A DNA stretch of 64,000 nt from Tagaea sp. (GTDB taxonomy: Bacteria; Pseudomonadota; Alphaproteobacteria; CACIAM-22H2). The notes beneath the pieces are model-generated. The model did no database searches and was not told the origin of the DNA. It saw only the letters and a list, made by a program, of their open reading frames with translations. The stretch is taken from assembly GCA_041917215.1 (NCBI GenBank), contig JAYRYC010000005.1, forward strand, positions 103,687 to 167,686, read 5' to 3'. A program made the translations under genes and the position numbers. This document shows, one piece after another, positions 1-10,680 of the stretch. The first letter of the stretch is position 1. The number at the start of each line of letters is the position of its first letter.

Positions 1-1596
1 GAAGCCCTGAATGCGCGCCTCGGCGACGTTCGTCGTCGTCGTCGTCGTGCCGCCGACGACCTGCTGGATGTAATCCTCCAGATCGTTGACGAAATACGCG
101 GCGCGCACGCGCAGACGGTCGCGCGCGGCGAACACGTCGGAGAAGCGGAAATTCACGCCGCCTTCCTTGTTGAACGACGTTTCCGGCTTCAGATTCGGAT
201 TGGGCACGAAATTGTTGCCGGGGAAGTGCTGGCCGCTGACGTAACGCTCGGTCAGCGACGGCACGCGGAACGCTTCGGCGTAGGACACATAGGGTGCGGC
301 CCACGGCGTGACCTGATAGGCGACCGACGCCTTGGGCGAAACGCGCTCGTCGCTTTTCTGCGTCGGGTTTCCGAAGGACGATTGCTCGAACCGGTCGTAA
401 CGCACGCCCGGCACGATCGTGACCTTGCCGATCTCGATTTCGTTCTGGATGAACGTGCCGAACACGGTTTGGTCGGCGTTGGGATATTCGGTGCGGCGCG
501 CGCCGTTGCGCCGGCTCGACTGCTCGTCGCGATAGGCGTCCATGCCGATTGTCAGCGCGTTCATCTCGGCGCCGAACAGAGAGAAGCGCGACGTGTTTTG
601 CACGTCGAAGCCGTTGGTCCGCAGATCGGTATCGTCCTTTTCGATCGCCGTCGCGGGCAGGACGCGCTTTTCGTAGATGTCGACTTCGTTGCGATAGACG
701 ACCGTCTTCAGGTCGATCAGCGGCGTCGAGGGCGCCGCGTAGGCCCAATTGACCGAGAAGCTGCGCTGCTTGGTGTCGCGGTCGACGATCGTGCTGGTGG
801 TGGTCGCGTTGCCGAGATTGGCGTCGCGCGGGATCGTGTGGTCGTCGGCGTAGAGCAGCGTCGAGATGCCGATCTTGTGGCCGTTGCCGACGTCGTAGCC
901 GCCCTTCAGCAGGCCGCTCGTCACGTCGTCGCCCGAAAAGGGAATGTCGATGCCGCGGCCGTCGGTGTAGTTGCCGTTGGTGCGGCGCGTCACGTTGCCC
1001 ACCACTTCGCCGCCGAAGCCGCGCGCGGCGCCGGTGAGGCTCGCCAGACGCGAGGAATTGTTCGTCTGATAGCCCACACGCGCGCGGCCGCCAAAATTCG
1101 CACCCGGCTTCAGAATGTCTTCGGCGTCGACCGTGCGCATATTGACCGCACCGCCCAGCGCCCCCGACCCGAACAGCAGCGCGCCGGGGCCGCGCGAGAC
1201 GTCCAGGCTCTTCAGCAGATCGGGCTCGAGGAACACGCGGCCGCGATGGCCGGCGTTGAAGTTGTTGCGCACGCCGTCGACGCGCAGCACCACACGCTCG
1301 TCCGACAGACCGCGCACGGTGAACTGGCGCACCGTGTTGCGCGGCACGCCGTTCGTCTCGACGCCGGGCATGTCCTTGACCAGATCGTCGATGCTTTGCG
1401 GCTGGCGGCGCTCGATCTCCTCGCGGTCGACGACGGAGACGGAGCCCGCGACGTCGCCCGCGACCTTTTCGGTGCGCGTGGCGGAGGTGGTGACGGCGTC
1501 GAGCGCCGTGACAGGCGCCGTTTGCGCGTAGGCGGCGGCGGAGAAGACGAGCAAAGCGGGAATGGCGCAGCTGAGCGCCGGACGGCGTGCCAACAT
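1..1596 (-). CDS. TonB-dependent outer-membrane receptor, probably a heme/hemin receptor; 3' end runs off the window (partial)
   Basis: I translated the minus strand by hand; it is not in the track because it has no stop inside the window. The ATG is the reverse complement of cat at 1594-1596. The N-terminus reads MLARRPALSCAIPALLVFSAAAYAQ (signal peptide) followed by a TonB-box/plug-like region (TALDAVTTSATRTEK...VSVVDREEIERRQPQSIDDLVKDMPGVE), then typical receptor barrel sequence. It lies directly downstream of a hemP-like ORF, as hemP/hmuP lies upstream of hemR/hmuR in characterised heme-uptake loci. Confidence 0.8.
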   Translation of the reverse strand, partial: MLARRPALSCAIPALLVFSAAAYAQTAPVTALDAVTTSATRTEKVAGDVAGSVSVVDREEIERRQPQSIDDLVKDMPGVETNGVPRNTVRQFTVRGLSDERVVLRVDGVRNNFNAGHRGRVFLEPDLLKSLDVSRGPGALLFGSGALGGAVNMRTVDAEDILKPGANFGGRARVGYQTNNSSRLASLTGAARGFGGEVVGNVTRRTNGNYTDGRGIDIPFSGDDVTSGLLKGGYDVGNGHKIGISTLLYADDHTIPRDANLGNATTTSTIVDRDTKQRSFSVNWAYAAPSTPLIDLKTVVYRNEVDIYEKRVLPATAIEKDDTDLRTNGFDVQNTSRFSLFGAEMNALTIGMDAYRDEQSSRRNGARRTEYPNADQTVFGTFIQNEIEIGKVTIVPGVRYDRFEQSSFGNPTQKSDERVSPKASVAYQVTPWAAPYVSYAEAFRVPSLTERYVSGQHFPGNNFVPNPNLKPETSFNKEGGVNFRFSDVFAARDRLRVRAAYFVNDLEDYIQQVVGGTTTTTTNVAEARIQGF

Positions 1597-1693
1597 ATGG
1601 CGGACTCCTTGAACTTGGAGACCGTTGCTGGCTGGCTTGTCCGGAGCGCTCGCGCCCCGCTTGGCTGGCTGGCTGGGTCGAAGATTGTTTAGG

Positions 1694-1873
1694 TCACTTG
1701 GTCAGCAGCAGCTTTCCCGCACCCGTTACCTTCAGCCGATAGATCGATCCGGCATGGACGATCTTCACTTCGGACCGCCCCGCCAATATTTCGCGGCTGT
1801 CGACCGTAAGCTCGGCGTCGGGCGGCGTATCGGCGGGCGCGGCAACGGGGGCAGTCGAGTTGCTGCGACGCAT
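1694..1873 (-). CDS. hemP: HemP/HmuP-family hemin-uptake small protein (59 aa)
   Basis: This is a small ORF I found by hand; it falls below the track's length cut-off, and the 66-aa ORF listed at 1689-1889 is a different, off-frame reading. The translation is MRRSNSTAPVAAPADTPPDAELTVDSREILAGRSEVKIVHAGSIYRLKVTGAGKLLLTK. The C-terminal EV-I-H-G-YRL--T--GKL-LTK pattern is the HemP signature. There is no in-frame ATG between the upstream stop and 1873. Confidence 0.7.
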   Translation of the reverse strand: MRRSNSTAPVAAPADTPPDAELTVDSREILAGRSEVKIVHAGSIYRLKVTGAGKLLLTK

Positions 1874-1892
1874 GGGGGTGAAATAGCACCCG

Positions 1893-1928
1893 CGAATCTT
1901 AAATGCAAATGATTCGCACTAGCATTCT
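1893..1928. promoter_or_regulatory. AT-rich overlapping palindromes upstream of hemP; candidate iron-responsive (Fur/Irr/RirA-type) operator
   Basis: The sequence is cGAATCttaaatgcaaatGATTCg, overlapping AATGCaaatgattcgcactaGCATT. It is an AT-rich island inside GC-rich DNA, lying between the hemP start and the mnmA 3' end. Confidence 0.35.
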
Positions 1929-1974
1929 CAAAATAGATTGTAACGGTCCTACCCCTTTGAAAGGGCGCCATTTT

Positions 1975-3093
1975 TTACTTTTGTTTGCGCTGAATCCAGC
2001 CGCCGCCAAGCACGCGATTGCCGTCATAGAAGACGGCGGCTTGACCGGCGGCGACGCCGTATTCCGGTTCGGCGAGGACGAGCTCGGCCCTGTCCCCTTC
2101 CCCGCGCTCTAGATGCGCTGGCTTGGGCGACGTCGTGGAGCGGATTTTGACGGCGACATCCGCGCTATCGATCGCGCGCGGTCCCAGCCAATTCACGCCG
2201 GCCAGCGCCACGCGCCGTTCGGCCAACGCTTCGCGCGGGCCGACGACCACGCGCTTCAATTCGGGATCGACGCGCAGGACGTAAAGCGGCTCGGCATCGG
2301 GGCCGCGCGATTGCGACAACGCCAGACCGCGCCGCTGGCCGATCGTGTAGTGGATCGTGCCTTCGTGGCGGCCCAGCACGTTGCCGTGCAGATCGACGAT
2401 ATCGCCGGGCTCCGCCGCACCGGGCTTCAAACGCTCGACGAGCTTGGCGTAATTGCCGTCGGGCACGAAGCAGATATCCTGGCTGTCGGGCTTGGAAGCG
2501 ACCGGCAAACCCAAGCGCTCGGCTTCCGCGCGCACTTGCGTCTTGGGCATGCCGCCCAAGGGAAACCGCAAAAACTCGAGTTGCTCGCGCGTCGTCGCGA
2601 ACAGGAAATAGCTCTGATCGCGCGTATCGTCCTCGGCGCGATGAAGCTCCGCACCCTCCGGCCCCGCCACGCGGCGCGCGTAATGCCCGGTCGCCAAAGC
2701 GTCGGCGTTGAGATCCTTGGCGACCGCCAGCAGATCGCGGAACTTGACCGTGCGATTGCACTGGATGCACGGGATCGGCGTTTCGCCGCGCGTGTAGCTG
2801 TCGACGAATTCGTCGATCACCGCGTCGCGAAAACGGCTTTCGTAATCGAGCACGTAATGCGGAATGCCGATGCGGTCGGCGACGTTGCGCGCGTCGTGGA
2901 TATCCTGGCCGGCACAGCACGCGCCCTTCTTCTGGACGGCCGCGCCATGATCGTAGAGCTGGAGCGTGACGCCGACGACGTCGTAGCCCGCCTCCTTCAT
3001 CAACGCCGCAACGACGGAGGAATCCACCCCGCCGGACATCGCGACGACGACGCGCGCACCCGGCCGCAGACCGAGGGCATCCGGCATGGTCAC
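1975..3093 (-). CDS. mnmA: tRNA-specific 2-thiouridylase MnmA
   Basis: The protein carries the PP-loop motif [13 protein letters not shown], the C-IQCN motif and the overall MnmA/TrmU fold sequence. MnmA takes sulfur from the IscS persulfide, which fits its position at the end of the isc array. Confidence 0.9.
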   Translation of the reverse strand: MTMPDALGLRPGARVVVAMSGGVDSSVVAALMKEAGYDVVGVTLQLYDHGAAVQKKGACCAGQDIHDARNVADRIGIPHYVLDYESRFRDAVIDEFVDSYTRGETPIPCIQCNRTVKFRDLLAVAKDLNADALATGHYARRVAGPEGAELHRAEDDTRDQSYFLFATTREQLEFLRFPLGGMPKTQVRAEAERLGLPVASKPDSQDICFVPDGNYAKLVERLKPGAAEPGDIVDLHGNVLGRHEGTIHYTIGQRRGLALSQSRGPDAEPLYVLRVDPELKRVVVGPREALAERRVALAGVNWLGPRAIDSADVAVKIRSTTSPKPAHLERGEGDRAELVLAEPEYGVAAGQAAVFYDGNRVLGGGWIQRKQK

Positions 3094-3779
3094 GGCAAGC
3101 GCTCCAGCCCCATCCGCCAGAACGAGGTTTCCAGGCGGCAGGCACGATCAAAGATCGTCGCGAGCGATTCGAAGCGACCGCCGCCGGCGCGCGTATACCA
3201 CAGGCGGTCGACGAAATCGGCCTTGCCGCGCGCGATGCGGCGATAATCGTCGCTCGAATAGGCGGCGATCCAATCGTTGTAGCGATTGCCTTCTTCGCGC
3301 CGCCAATCGGCTTCCTCGAGGCGCATCGCGATCTCGGCATAGCCCACGGTGCAAGGCACGAGCGCCGTCACGAGATCGAGGATATCGCCCTGCATGCCCG
3401 CCTCGAGCACGAAGCGCGTATAGGCGATGGTCGCCTCGGCTTCCTCGTAGGTCTCGATCTCGTCTTTCGAGATGCCCCAGCTTTCGCAATACTTCACGTG
3501 CATCGCCATCTCACCGTCGAGAATGGCTTTGACGCTGTTATTGACGAAAATCATGTCGGCGAGATTCTCGGCCTTATAGACCGCCAGCGCCCAGGCGCGC
3601 GCGAACTGCACCAGGAACAGATAGTCCTGGATCAGATAATGGCGGAAGCTTTCGACCGGCAGCGTGCCGTCGCCAAGCCCCCGCGTGAACGGATGCGTCG
3701 TATACGCGTCCCAGGAATCGCGGCACGCGTCGCGCAGGCGCTCGAACAGACCGTCCTTCTGCCACAGCACGACGCTCAT
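3090..3779 (-). CDS. TenA/thiaminase-II family protein (heme-oxygenase-like fold)
   Basis: The inner ATG at 3779 starts [62 protein letters not shown]. The HPF-...-YLIQDY-FL-F-RA pattern is TenA-like. Its start overlaps the iscX stop by 4 nt (ATGA) and its stop overlaps the mnmA start. Confidence 0.65.
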   Translation of the reverse strand: MSVVLWQKDGLFERLRDACRDSWDAYTTHPFTRGLGDGTLPVESFRHYLIQDYLFLVQFARAWALAVYKAENLADMIFVNNSVKAILDGEMAMHVKYCESWGISKDEIETYEEAEATIAYTRFVLEAGMQGDILDLVTALVPCTVGYAEIAMRLEEADWRREEGNRYNDWIAAYSSDDYRRIARGKADFVDRLWYTRAGGGRFESLATIFDRACRLETSFWRMGLERLP

Positions 3780-3979
3780 CGCCGCTCCTCCAGCCACGCC
3801 ATCTGGATCGCTTCCAGGATCTTCTCGTTCGACTTGTTCGGGTCGTCCTCGAAGCCGGGCAGCGCCTGGACCCATTTCCACAAATCGGTGAAGCGCAAAT
3901 TCTCGACGTCGGCGTCGGGATGCGCCTCCTCCAACTCGATGGCGATGTCGTTCACATCGGTCCAGCGCAGCTTCTTCAT
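3776..3979 (-). CDS. iscX: Fe-S cluster assembly protein IscX (YfhJ)
   Basis: The 67-aa protein MKKLRWTDVNDIAIELEEAHPDADVENLRFTDLWKWVQALPGFEDDPNKSNEKILEAIQMAWLEE aligns along its whole length with E. coli IscX (..KWTD..EIGEAL...PD.DP..VRFTD...W...L..FDDDP..SNEKILEAI...WL.E). Confidence 0.85.
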   Translation of the reverse strand: MKKLRWTDVNDIAIELEEAHPDADVENLRFTDLWKWVQALPGFEDDPNKSNEKILEAIQMAWLEERR

Positions 3980-3984
3980 CGCAT

Positions 3985-4323
3985 TCAGGCCTTATCGACC
4001 ATCATGTTGCGCGTGGCCGTGGGCAGTGCCACCGTCAAGCCATCGAGCTCTTCGGTCATCGTGATCTGGCAGCCCAGGCGCGAGGTATGCGTCAGGCCGA
4101 AGGCGAGATCGAGCATGTCCTCCTCGTCCTCCGAGGCTTCGGGCAAGCGCTCGTAATCGTCCTTGTCGACGACGATGTGGCAGGTCGAGCAGGCGAGCGA
4201 ACCTTCGCACGCACCCTCGAGCGGCACGTCGTTGCGATGCGCGATTTCGAGCACCGAGAGGCCGACCGGGGCCTCCACTTCCTTCTTCGTGCCGTCGGGA
4301 TAGACGAAAAACATCTTGGGCAT
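3985..4323 (-). CDS. fdx: ISC-type [2Fe-2S] ferredoxin (adrenodoxin-like Fdx)
   Basis: The protein has the motifs [11 protein letters not shown] and GCQI, a C-x5-C-x2-C ... C spacing, and sits in the fdx position between hscA and iscX. Confidence 0.9.
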   Translation of the reverse strand: MPKMFFVYPDGTKKEVEAPVGLSVLEIAHRNDVPLEGACEGSLACSTCHIVVDKDDYERLPEASEDEEDMLDLAFGLTHTSRLGCQITMTEELDGLTVALPTATRNMMVDKA

Positions 4324-4349
4324 GGGCTTCTCTTCTTTTCCTGAAGTTC

Positions 4350-6212
4350 CTATCCGCCGATATCGGCGACGGCACGGCCCGCGAGCGCTTTGCGGATTCC
4401 GCGATCCATCCGCCGCTCGGCGAAGATCTTGGTGCGGTGTTCGAGTTCTTCGGCAGCACCTTGAATTGCTGCACGATCGGTGCCGGACATCGCGCGCTCG
4501 ACGATTTCGATCGTTTCGTCGATACGCGCGCGTTCTTCGGCCGACAGAAGATCGGCATCGACCGCCAGCGCGGCCTGCACCGCGTTGACGCCGCGGCGCG
4601 CTTCGACGCGCGCTTCGGTCAACAAGCGGCGCTCCATGTCGTCCTGCGCGTTGTCGATCGACGCGCGCAGCATCGCGGCCATTTCGTCCTCGGTCAGGCC
4701 ATAGGACGGCTTCACCTCGATGCGCGATTCAACGCCAGTCGTCGCTTCCTTGGCCGAGACGGTCAGCAGGCCGTCGGCATCGACCGAGAACGTCACGCGG
4801 ATACGCGCGGCACCCGCGACCATCGGCGGGATCCCGTCGAGTTCGAAGCGTGCGAGGGAACGGCATTGATCGACCATCTCGCGCTCGCCCTGCACGACAT
4901 GCAGCGCCATGGCGTTCTGGCCGTCTTGATAGGTCGTGAATTCCTGTGCGCGGCTGACCGGGATCGGCGTGTTGCGCTCGACCACTTTTTCGACGATGCC
5001 GCCCATCGTTTCCAAGCCCAGCGACAGCGGCAGCACGTCAAGCAGCAGCGTATCCGAGCCGGCGGTCAACGCTTCGGCCTGCAACGCCGCCCCCACCGCG
5101 ACGACTTCGTCGGGATCGATATCCGTAAGCGGCGGCTTGCCGAAGAATTCGGCCACGCGCTGGCGCACCAAGGGTACACGCGTCGATCCGCCGACGAGCA
5201 CCACGCCGCCAAGTTCGCCGGGCGCCACGCCCGCATCTTCCAGCGTCGCGGCGGCGATTTGGATCGTCCGCTCGACCAAGGGGGCGATCAGCGTTTCGAA
5301 TTGGGCGCGCGTGAGCTTGTGCTCGCTTTCGGCTTCGCCTAGATCGAGGAAGCCGTCCCAATCGTCGCGATCTGTAAGGCATTCCTTGGCGAGGCGCGCG
5401 GTGACGAGCGCTTGCTTCACATGATCGCGGTCGAGCTTGTCGCCGCGTTCGCCCATGAAGCGTTGCGCGATCGCGTGATCGAAATCGTCCCCGCCCAAGG
5501 CCGCATCGCCGCCGGTCGCGAGGACTTGGAACACGCCGCGCTCCAAGCGCAGCAGCGAGAAATCGAACGTGCCGCCACCCAGGTCGTAGACGGCGTAAAG
5601 ACCTTCGGCCTGGCTATCGAGACCGTAAGCGAGGGCGGCCGCCGTCGGCTCGGCAACGAGGCGCAACACTTCGAGACCGGCAAGGCGGGCCGCATCGCGC
5701 GTCGCGGTACGCGCGGCGTCGTCGAAATAGGCGGGCACGGTCACGACCGCGCGATCGACGGCGCGGCCGAGCGCGATTTCCGCGCGCTGCTTCACCGCGC
5801 GCAAGATGTCCGCGCTGATTTCGACCGGCGTGAGCAAGCGTTCGCCGATTTTGAGACGCGCCATCCCGCCTTCGGCCGGCGGTCCCAATTCGTAGGGCAA
5901 CGCGTCGCCGAGCTTGGCGAGTTCGTCGGGCCCGCGCCCCATCAAACGCTTGATCGACGAGACGACGACTTCCGGATTGTCGAGCAATTCGCGGCGCGCG
6001 AGTTCGCCGACCAGCGGATCGCCTTCGTCGAAATAGGCGACGACCGACGGCACCAGCCCCACGCCGCGGGCATCGCGCACGATCTCGGCCTTCTGGTCGC
6101 GCGAAAACGCGACCACCGAGTTGGTCGTGCCGAGATCGATGCCGACCGCGAGACCCTTTTCGGTCTCGTGGGGCAGCGGCGTCTCGCCCGGTTCGTGAAT
6201 CTGCAGCAACAT
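4350..6212 (-). CDS. hscA: Fe-S cluster chaperone HscA (Hsp70 family)
   Basis: The inner ATG at 6212 gives [10 protein letters not shown]..., matching the E. coli HscA start MALLQISEPG. The protein has the [17 protein letters not shown] and GGDDFD motifs and a C-terminal HscA-specific lid. The track ORF extends 9 codons further upstream to 6239. Confidence 0.9.
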   Translation of the reverse strand: MLLQIHEPGETPLPHETEKGLAVGIDLGTTNSVVAFSRDQKAEIVRDARGVGLVPSVVAYFDEGDPLVGELARRELLDNPEVVVSSIKRLMGRGPDELAKLGDALPYELGPPAEGGMARLKIGERLLTPVEISADILRAVKQRAEIALGRAVDRAVVTVPAYFDDAARTATRDAARLAGLEVLRLVAEPTAAALAYGLDSQAEGLYAVYDLGGGTFDFSLLRLERGVFQVLATGGDAALGGDDFDHAIAQRFMGERGDKLDRDHVKQALVTARLAKECLTDRDDWDGFLDLGEAESEHKLTRAQFETLIAPLVERTIQIAAATLEDAGVAPGELGGVVLVGGSTRVPLVRQRVAEFFGKPPLTDIDPDEVVAVGAALQAEALTAGSDTLLLDVLPLSLGLETMGGIVEKVVERNTPIPVSRAQEFTTYQDGQNAMALHVVQGEREMVDQCRSLARFELDGIPPMVAGAARIRVTFSVDADGLLTVSAKEATTGVESRIEVKPSYGLTEDEMAAMLRASIDNAQDDMERRLLTEARVEARRGVNAVQAALAVDADLLSAEERARIDETIEIVERAMSGTDRAAIQGAAEELEHRTKIFAERRMDRGIRKALAGRAVADIGG

Positions 6213-6252
6213 GTCGAGCGCGGCCGTTAAAGAAAGCAAACGTTTTGACGAG

Positions 6253-6279
6253 GGCTTCGGCGAACAAGTCGCCGAAGCC
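6253..6279. other. Perfect 11-bp stem hairpin in the hscB-hscA intergenic spacer
   Basis: The sequence is GGCTTCGGCGA-acaag-TCGCCGAAGCC, in the 88-nt gap between the hscB stop and the hscA start. It may be an intra-operon processing or attenuation structure. Confidence 0.3.
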
Positions 6280-6300
6280 GGCAGCAGTTAGCACGAGCAA

Positions 6301-6948
6301 TCAGCGCGCCAGGGTCAGGCGTGCGCGCCGCGCGCGGGCCTCTTCGCCCAATTTGACCAAGTATTTGAGGCGCAGATAACCGCGTTTGGCGGCGATCTTG
6401 TCGCCCGAAGCGAAGTCCGACGCAAGGGCCGAAAGGGCGGCCTCGGCATCGAGTTTGGCTTGGCGCGCGATGGCCTCGACCGCGGCCGGATTATCGGCCT
6501 CCATCAAGGCTTCGCGGCGCTCCAATTGCTCCATGAGCAATTCTTCGTCGGCGATGGTGTGGGCCCCCTCGCCCTCGACCTTTTCGCCCCAAAGATCGAG
6601 CAGATAGGCCGCGCGCGACAGCGGATCCTTCAAGATCTCGTAGGCCTCGTTGAAGGCCACCGCCTGGCTTTGCGAGATCTGTTTGGCCTTCGGCGCGGCC
6701 GCCGCGAAACGATCCGGATGCAGCTGGCGCTGGAAGCCGAAATAGAGCTGGTCGAGCACCGGCACTTTGATGTCGAAATCGCGCTTGAGACCCAATCGCG
6801 CGAAATGGTCGAGCGGGACCGGCGGCTGCACCGCCTTGCAGGTGTCGCAAAACAAACCGCCCCACGCGACCGGCCCTTTGCAGGACCAGCACACGGCGAG
6901 AGCGGGACCGTTATTCGTCGAAGCGGATGTCTGCGGCGCGTTCGTCAT
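6301..6948 (-). CDS. hscB: Co-chaperone HscB (J-domain) with N-terminal zinc-finger
   Basis: The J-domain is recognisable (DHFARLGL...QLYFGFQRQLHPDRF) and is preceded by a CxxC...CxxC tetracysteine finger (CWSCKG...CDTCKA), the Jac1-like architecture. It sits in the expected position between iscA and hscA. Confidence 0.85.
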   Translation of the reverse strand: MTNAPQTSASTNNGPALAVCWSCKGPVAWGGLFCDTCKAVQPPVPLDHFARLGLKRDFDIKVPVLDQLYFGFQRQLHPDRFAAAAPKAKQISQSQAVAFNEAYEILKDPLSRAAYLLDLWGEKVEGEGAHTIADEELLMEQLERREALMEADNPAAVEAIARQAKLDAEAALSALASDFASGDKIAAKRGYLRLKYLVKLGEEARARRARLTLAR

Positions 6949-6971
6949 CGAGCATTAGAACCAGCGCCCGA

Positions 6972-7364
6972 TCAGACGTGGAAACTATCCCCGCAGCCGC
7001 AACGGCCCTTTTCGTTCGGATTGCGGAAGACGAAGCCCGATTGCAGCTTCTCCTCGACGAAATCCATCTCGGTGCCGAAGACGAACATCGACGCCTTCGG
7101 ATCGATGAAGATCGAGATGCCGGCTTCGGGTTCGACCACTTCGTCGCCCGGGCCCTTCGCGTCGGCGTATTCGAGCGTGTAGCTGAGGCCCGAGCAGCCG
7201 CGCGTGCGCACGCCCACGCGCACGCCCGCCGACGGCTTGCCGCGCTGGGCGAGCAGCGCTTTCACGCGCCCGATCGCCGCTTCCGTCACCGTGATGGCGG
7301 GCGGACGCGCGCGCGGAGCCCGCTTCACCGGGGCGGTCGTCGTCGTGTTCGCGGCGTCGGTCAT
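6972..7364 (-). CDS. iscA: A-type Fe-S carrier IscA (HesB family)
   Basis: The protein has the C-terminal CGCGxSF motif plus a conserved Cys (GCSGLSY), and lies in the iscU-iscA-hscB context. Confidence 0.9.
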   Translation of the reverse strand: MTDAANTTTTAPVKRAPRARPPAITVTEAAIGRVKALLAQRGKPSAGVRVGVRTRGCSGLSYTLEYADAKGPGDEVVEPEAGISIFIDPKASMFVFGTEMDFVEEKLQSGFVFRNPNEKGRCGCGDSFHV

Positions 7365-7379
7365 CGCAACAACCCTCGC

Positions 7380-7763
7380 TTAAGCGCCGTGCTTGCGCTT
7401 GTAATCGTCGATCGCGGCCTTGATCGCGTCTTCGGCCAGTACCGAGCAATGGATCTTCACCGGCGGCAGCGCCAGATGCTTGGCGATGTCGGTGTTCTTG
7501 ATCGTCGAGGCTTCGTCGATCGACTTGCCCTTGACCCATTCGGTCACGAGCGACGACGAAGCGATCGCCGAGCCGCAGCCGAAGGTCTTGAACTTCGCGT
7601 CCTCGATGATGCCGTCGGCGCTGACTTTGATCTGCAGCTTCATCACGTCGCCGCAGGCGGGCGCGCCAACCAGCCCCGTGCCGACGGCGGCGTCGTTCTT
7701 GTCGAACGAACCGACATTGCGGGGGTTCTCGTAGTGGTCGACGACCTTTTCGCTGTAGGCCAT
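7380..7763 (-). CDS. iscU: Fe-S cluster scaffold IscU
   Basis: The protein has the signature motifs HYENPRNVGS, GAPACGD, FKTFGCGSAIASSS and LPPVKIHCS. Confidence 0.95.
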   Translation of the reverse strand: MAYSEKVVDHYENPRNVGSFDKNDAAVGTGLVGAPACGDVMKLQIKVSADGIIEDAKFKTFGCGSAIASSSLVTEWVKGKSIDEASTIKNTDIAKHLALPPVKIHCSVLAEDAIKAAIDDYKRKHGA

Positions 7764-7802
7764 TTTCGTTTCTCCTTATTCGATCCGGTTATAGCCCGAA
7801 GA

Positions 7803-9053
7803 TCAGTGGGCCGCCCACTGGATCGATTTGATGTCGATACCTTCTTGCGCCATTTCCCACAGCGGGCTCATCGAGCGCAGCTTGGAAACGGCCTGGACGA
7901 TGCGATCGGCCGCGTAATCGACTTCCGCTTCGGTCGTGAAGCGGCCGAAGCCGATGCGCAGGCTGGTATGCGCGAGTTCTTCCTCGACGCCCAGCGCGCG
8001 CAGCACGTAGCTGGGTTCCAGCGACGCCGATGTGCAGGCCGAGCCCGAGGAAACGCACAAATCCTTGATGCCCATCATCAGCCCCTCGCCTTCCACGTAA
8101 GCGAAGGAGAGGTTGAGATTGCCGGGCAAGCGGTTCGAGAAATCGCCGTTGAGGAACACCTCCGGCAGCTTGTCGTGAACCGTTTTGAGGAAACGATCGC
8201 GCAACGTGGTCAGACGCGCGTTTTCCGAAGCCATTTCCTGGCGCGCGATCTCGGCGGCCTTGCCAAGGCCCACGCAAAGCGGCGTGGGCAACGTGCCCGA
8301 GCGCATGCCGCGCTCCTGCCCGCCGCCATGGATCAAAGCCTGCAAGCGCACGCGCGGCTTGCGGCGCACGAACAACGCGCCGATGCCCTTGGGCCCGTAG
8401 ATCTTGTGGCCGGAGATCGACATAAGATCGATCTTCATCGCCTCGACATCGAGCGGAATTTTGCCGAAGGCCTGCGCGCAATCGGTGTGGAAGAACGCGC
8501 CCTTCTTGCGGCACAGCGCGCCGATCTCGGCCAATGGCTGGATCACGCCGATCTCGTTATTCGCCGCCATGATGGAGACGAGCACGGTCTTGTCGGTGAT
8601 CGCGGCTTCCAGTTCCGCGAGATCGACGAGGCCGTCGGTCTTCACCGGCAGATAGGTGACCGTGAACCCTTCCTGCTCCAGATGGCGGCAGGTATCGAGC
8701 ACGCATTTATGCTCGGTCACCACGGTGACGATGTGGTTCTTCTGGTCCTTATAGAAATGCGCCACGCCCGCGATCGCGAGATTGTTCGATTCCGTGGCGC
8801 CGGAGGTGAACACGATCTCGCGCTCGTCCGCACCGATCAGATCGGCGACCTGCTTGCGCGCGGTTTCGACCGCTTCTTCGGCTTCCCAGCCGTAATGATG
8901 GTTGCGGCTGTGCGGATTGCCGAACTTCTCGATGAAGAACGGCATCATCGCGTCGAGCACGCGCGGATCCATCGGCGTCGTCGCCTGATAATCCAGATAG
9001 ACGGGCTTCGTCGGCGCGTTCGCCAGCCTGTCGTTGGTCGTTTGCGTGCTCAT
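7803..9053 (-). CDS. iscS: Cysteine desulfurase IscS
   Basis: The inner ATG at 9053 gives [33 protein letters not shown].... The protein has the PLP-lysine motif ([12 protein letters not shown]) and the catalytic-Cys loop SSGSACTS. The track ORF extends upstream into GC-rich junk. Confidence 0.9.
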   Translation of the reverse strand: MSTQTTNDRLANAPTKPVYLDYQATTPMDPRVLDAMMPFFIEKFGNPHSRNHHYGWEAEEAVETARKQVADLIGADEREIVFTSGATESNNLAIAGVAHFYKDQKNHIVTVVTEHKCVLDTCRHLEQEGFTVTYLPVKTDGLVDLAELEAAITDKTVLVSIMAANNEIGVIQPLAEIGALCRKKGAFFHTDCAQAFGKIPLDVEAMKIDLMSISGHKIYGPKGIGALFVRRKPRVRLQALIHGGGQERGMRSGTLPTPLCVGLGKAAEIARQEMASENARLTTLRDRFLKTVHDKLPEVFLNGDFSNRLPGNLNLSFAYVEGEGLMMGIKDLCVSSGSACTSASLEPSYVLRALGVEEELAHTSLRIGFGRFTTEAEVDYAADRIVQAVSKLRSMSPLWEMAQEGIDIKSIQWAAH

Positions 9054-9079
9054 AAAATCTCTCGCTCCCGTACCCGAAA

Positions 9080-10171
9080 CTACGCTGCCCGCGCCGCCTG
9101 CCGGCGCCGGGCGAATTCGATATAGGCGGCGGCGAAACCGTCGAGCTGCGCCGCTGTCGTCGCCGGCCCGAACGAGACCCGAATGGCCTCCGCCGCGCCG
9201 TCCCCCGCCCCCATCGCCAGCAACGTGGCGCTGGGGCCGACCTTGCCCGACGAACACGCCGAACCGGCCGACACCGCATACCCGGCAAGGTCGAGCGCCA
9301 TGACCTGGGTATGCGCCGGAACGCCCGGCAGACCGATGCTCAACGTGTTGGGCAGGCGGGGGGCCTTCCTACCGTAGAAGATGGCCCCTATTCCGGCGGA
9401 ATCAACCATGTCGATCACATGGTCTCTCGCCGCATAAAGCTTTGACCAAGCGTCGATTTCGCGCCGCGCCAGCTCGGCCGCCGCACCGAAGGCGACGATC
9501 CCCGGCAGATTGGGGGTGCCGGAGCGCCAGCCGCGCTCCTGCCCGCCGCCCAGCCACAGGGGCGAAACCGCGCGTTTTTCGCGCACGACCAGGGCGCCCA
9601 CACCCATCGGCCCGCCGATTTTATGCGCCGACAGCGCCAGCGTATCGACGTCGAGTGCGGCGAAATCGACCGGGATTTTGCCGGCGGCCTGCACGGCGTC
9701 GCAATGGACGCGCAAGCCCGCCGCATGCGCGCGCGCGGCAAGCTCGGCCACCGGCTGGATCACGCCGGTTTCATTGTTCGCCAGCATCACCGCGACGAGC
9801 TTCACGCCCGCGATGTCGGCGCGGTCCAAATCCAGCACGCCATCCGCCGTGACGGGCAGCACGCGCCCATCGGGCAAATTGGCGCGCACCGCGTCATGCT
9901 CGATCGCCGAATACGCGGCGTCGGCGTCGAAGCCCGACAATGCGAGCGCGTTGGCTTCCGTGCCGCCGCTGGTGAACACCACGCGATCGGCCGGCGCGTT
10001 GACGAGGGCGGCGACTTGTTCGCGCGCCTTCTCGATCAGTGCACGCGCCGCACGACCGGCGTTATGGACAGACGAAGGATTGCCCGCCTCGACCAAAGCA
10101 CGCGCCATCGCCGCCGCCGCTTCCGGGCGGACGGGCACACTCGCGTTCCAGTCGAGATAGGCGGTCGGCAT
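9080..10171 (-). CDS. Second, NifS-like class-V aminotransferase / cysteine desulfurase
   Basis: The protein has a PLP-lysine motif ([12 protein letters not shown]) and an active-Cys loop SAGSACSSG. It is shorter than IscS and lacks the IscS C-terminal tail. It sits between iscR and iscS. Confidence 0.8.
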   Translation of the reverse strand: MPTAYLDWNASVPVRPEAAAAMARALVEAGNPSSVHNAGRAARALIEKAREQVAALVNAPADRVVFTSGGTEANALALSGFDADAAYSAIEHDAVRANLPDGRVLPVTADGVLDLDRADIAGVKLVAVMLANNETGVIQPVAELAARAHAAGLRVHCDAVQAAGKIPVDFAALDVDTLALSAHKIGGPMGVGALVVREKRAVSPLWLGGGQERGWRSGTPNLPGIVAFGAAAELARREIDAWSKLYAARDHVIDMVDSAGIGAIFYGRKAPRLPNTLSIGLPGVPAHTQVMALDLAGYAVSAGSACSSGKVGPSATLLAMGAGDGAAEAIRVSFGPATTAAQLDGFAAAYIEFARRRQAARAA

Positions 10172-10176
10172 CGCCG

Positions 10177-10662
10177 TTACTGCGCCGCGACCATCGGGAT
10201 CGCTTCGGCCGTTTCGGCCTCCGTCCCGTCGATCACGCCCGCCGTGCCGAGCACGCGGCGCGACACCACGTTCGCCAGCGTCACCGACGACAGATAGAGA
10301 TGGATCTGGTTACCCAGCTCCTCCCACAGATCATGCGTAAAGCAGCGCGCTTTGTTGGCGCGGCAGCCCACGGGCGAACCCGGCGCGCAACGCGTCGCGC
10401 GGATCGGCTCGTCGACCGCGAGGATAATGTCGGAAATGCGCGTCTGATCGCTGGCATGGGCGAGCAGATAACCGCCGCCCGGCCCGCGCACGGAGCGCAC
10501 CAGCCCGCCGCGCCGCAGCTTGGCGAAAAGCTGTTCGAGATAGGAGAGCGAAATCTCCTGACGCTCGGCGATATCGGCCAGCGCCACGGGATTGCCTTGG
10601 CTGGTCGATGCGAGATCGACCATCGCCATCACGGCGTAGCGGCCTTTGGTGGAAAGCTTCAT
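10177..10662 (-). CDS. iscR: Rrf2-family Fe-S-cluster-sensing regulator IscR
   Basis: The protein starts MKLSTKGRYAVMAMVDLA (Rrf2 HTH) and has the three-Cys cluster C-x5-C-x5-C (CAPGSPVGCRANKARC). It is the first regulator gene of the isc array. Confidence 0.85.
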   Translation of the reverse strand: MKLSTKGRYAVMAMVDLASTSQGNPVALADIAERQEISLSYLEQLFAKLRRGGLVRSVRGPGGGYLLAHASDQTRISDIILAVDEPIRATRCAPGSPVGCRANKARCFTHDLWEELGNQIHLYLSSVTLANVVSRRVLGTAGVIDGTEAETAEAIPMVAAQ

Positions 10663-10680
10663 GGGATCAACCTCCCGATC

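Noticed and set aside
226-1692. 488-aa plus-strand ORF at the window start
   Set aside because: It is antisense to the TonB-dependent receptor whose homology is clear on the minus strand. Its composition is Arg/Gly/Ala-rich junk.
6927-9125. 732-aa plus-strand ORF overlapping iscA, iscU and iscS
   Set aside because: It is antisense to three genes with unmistakable Fe-S assembly homology.
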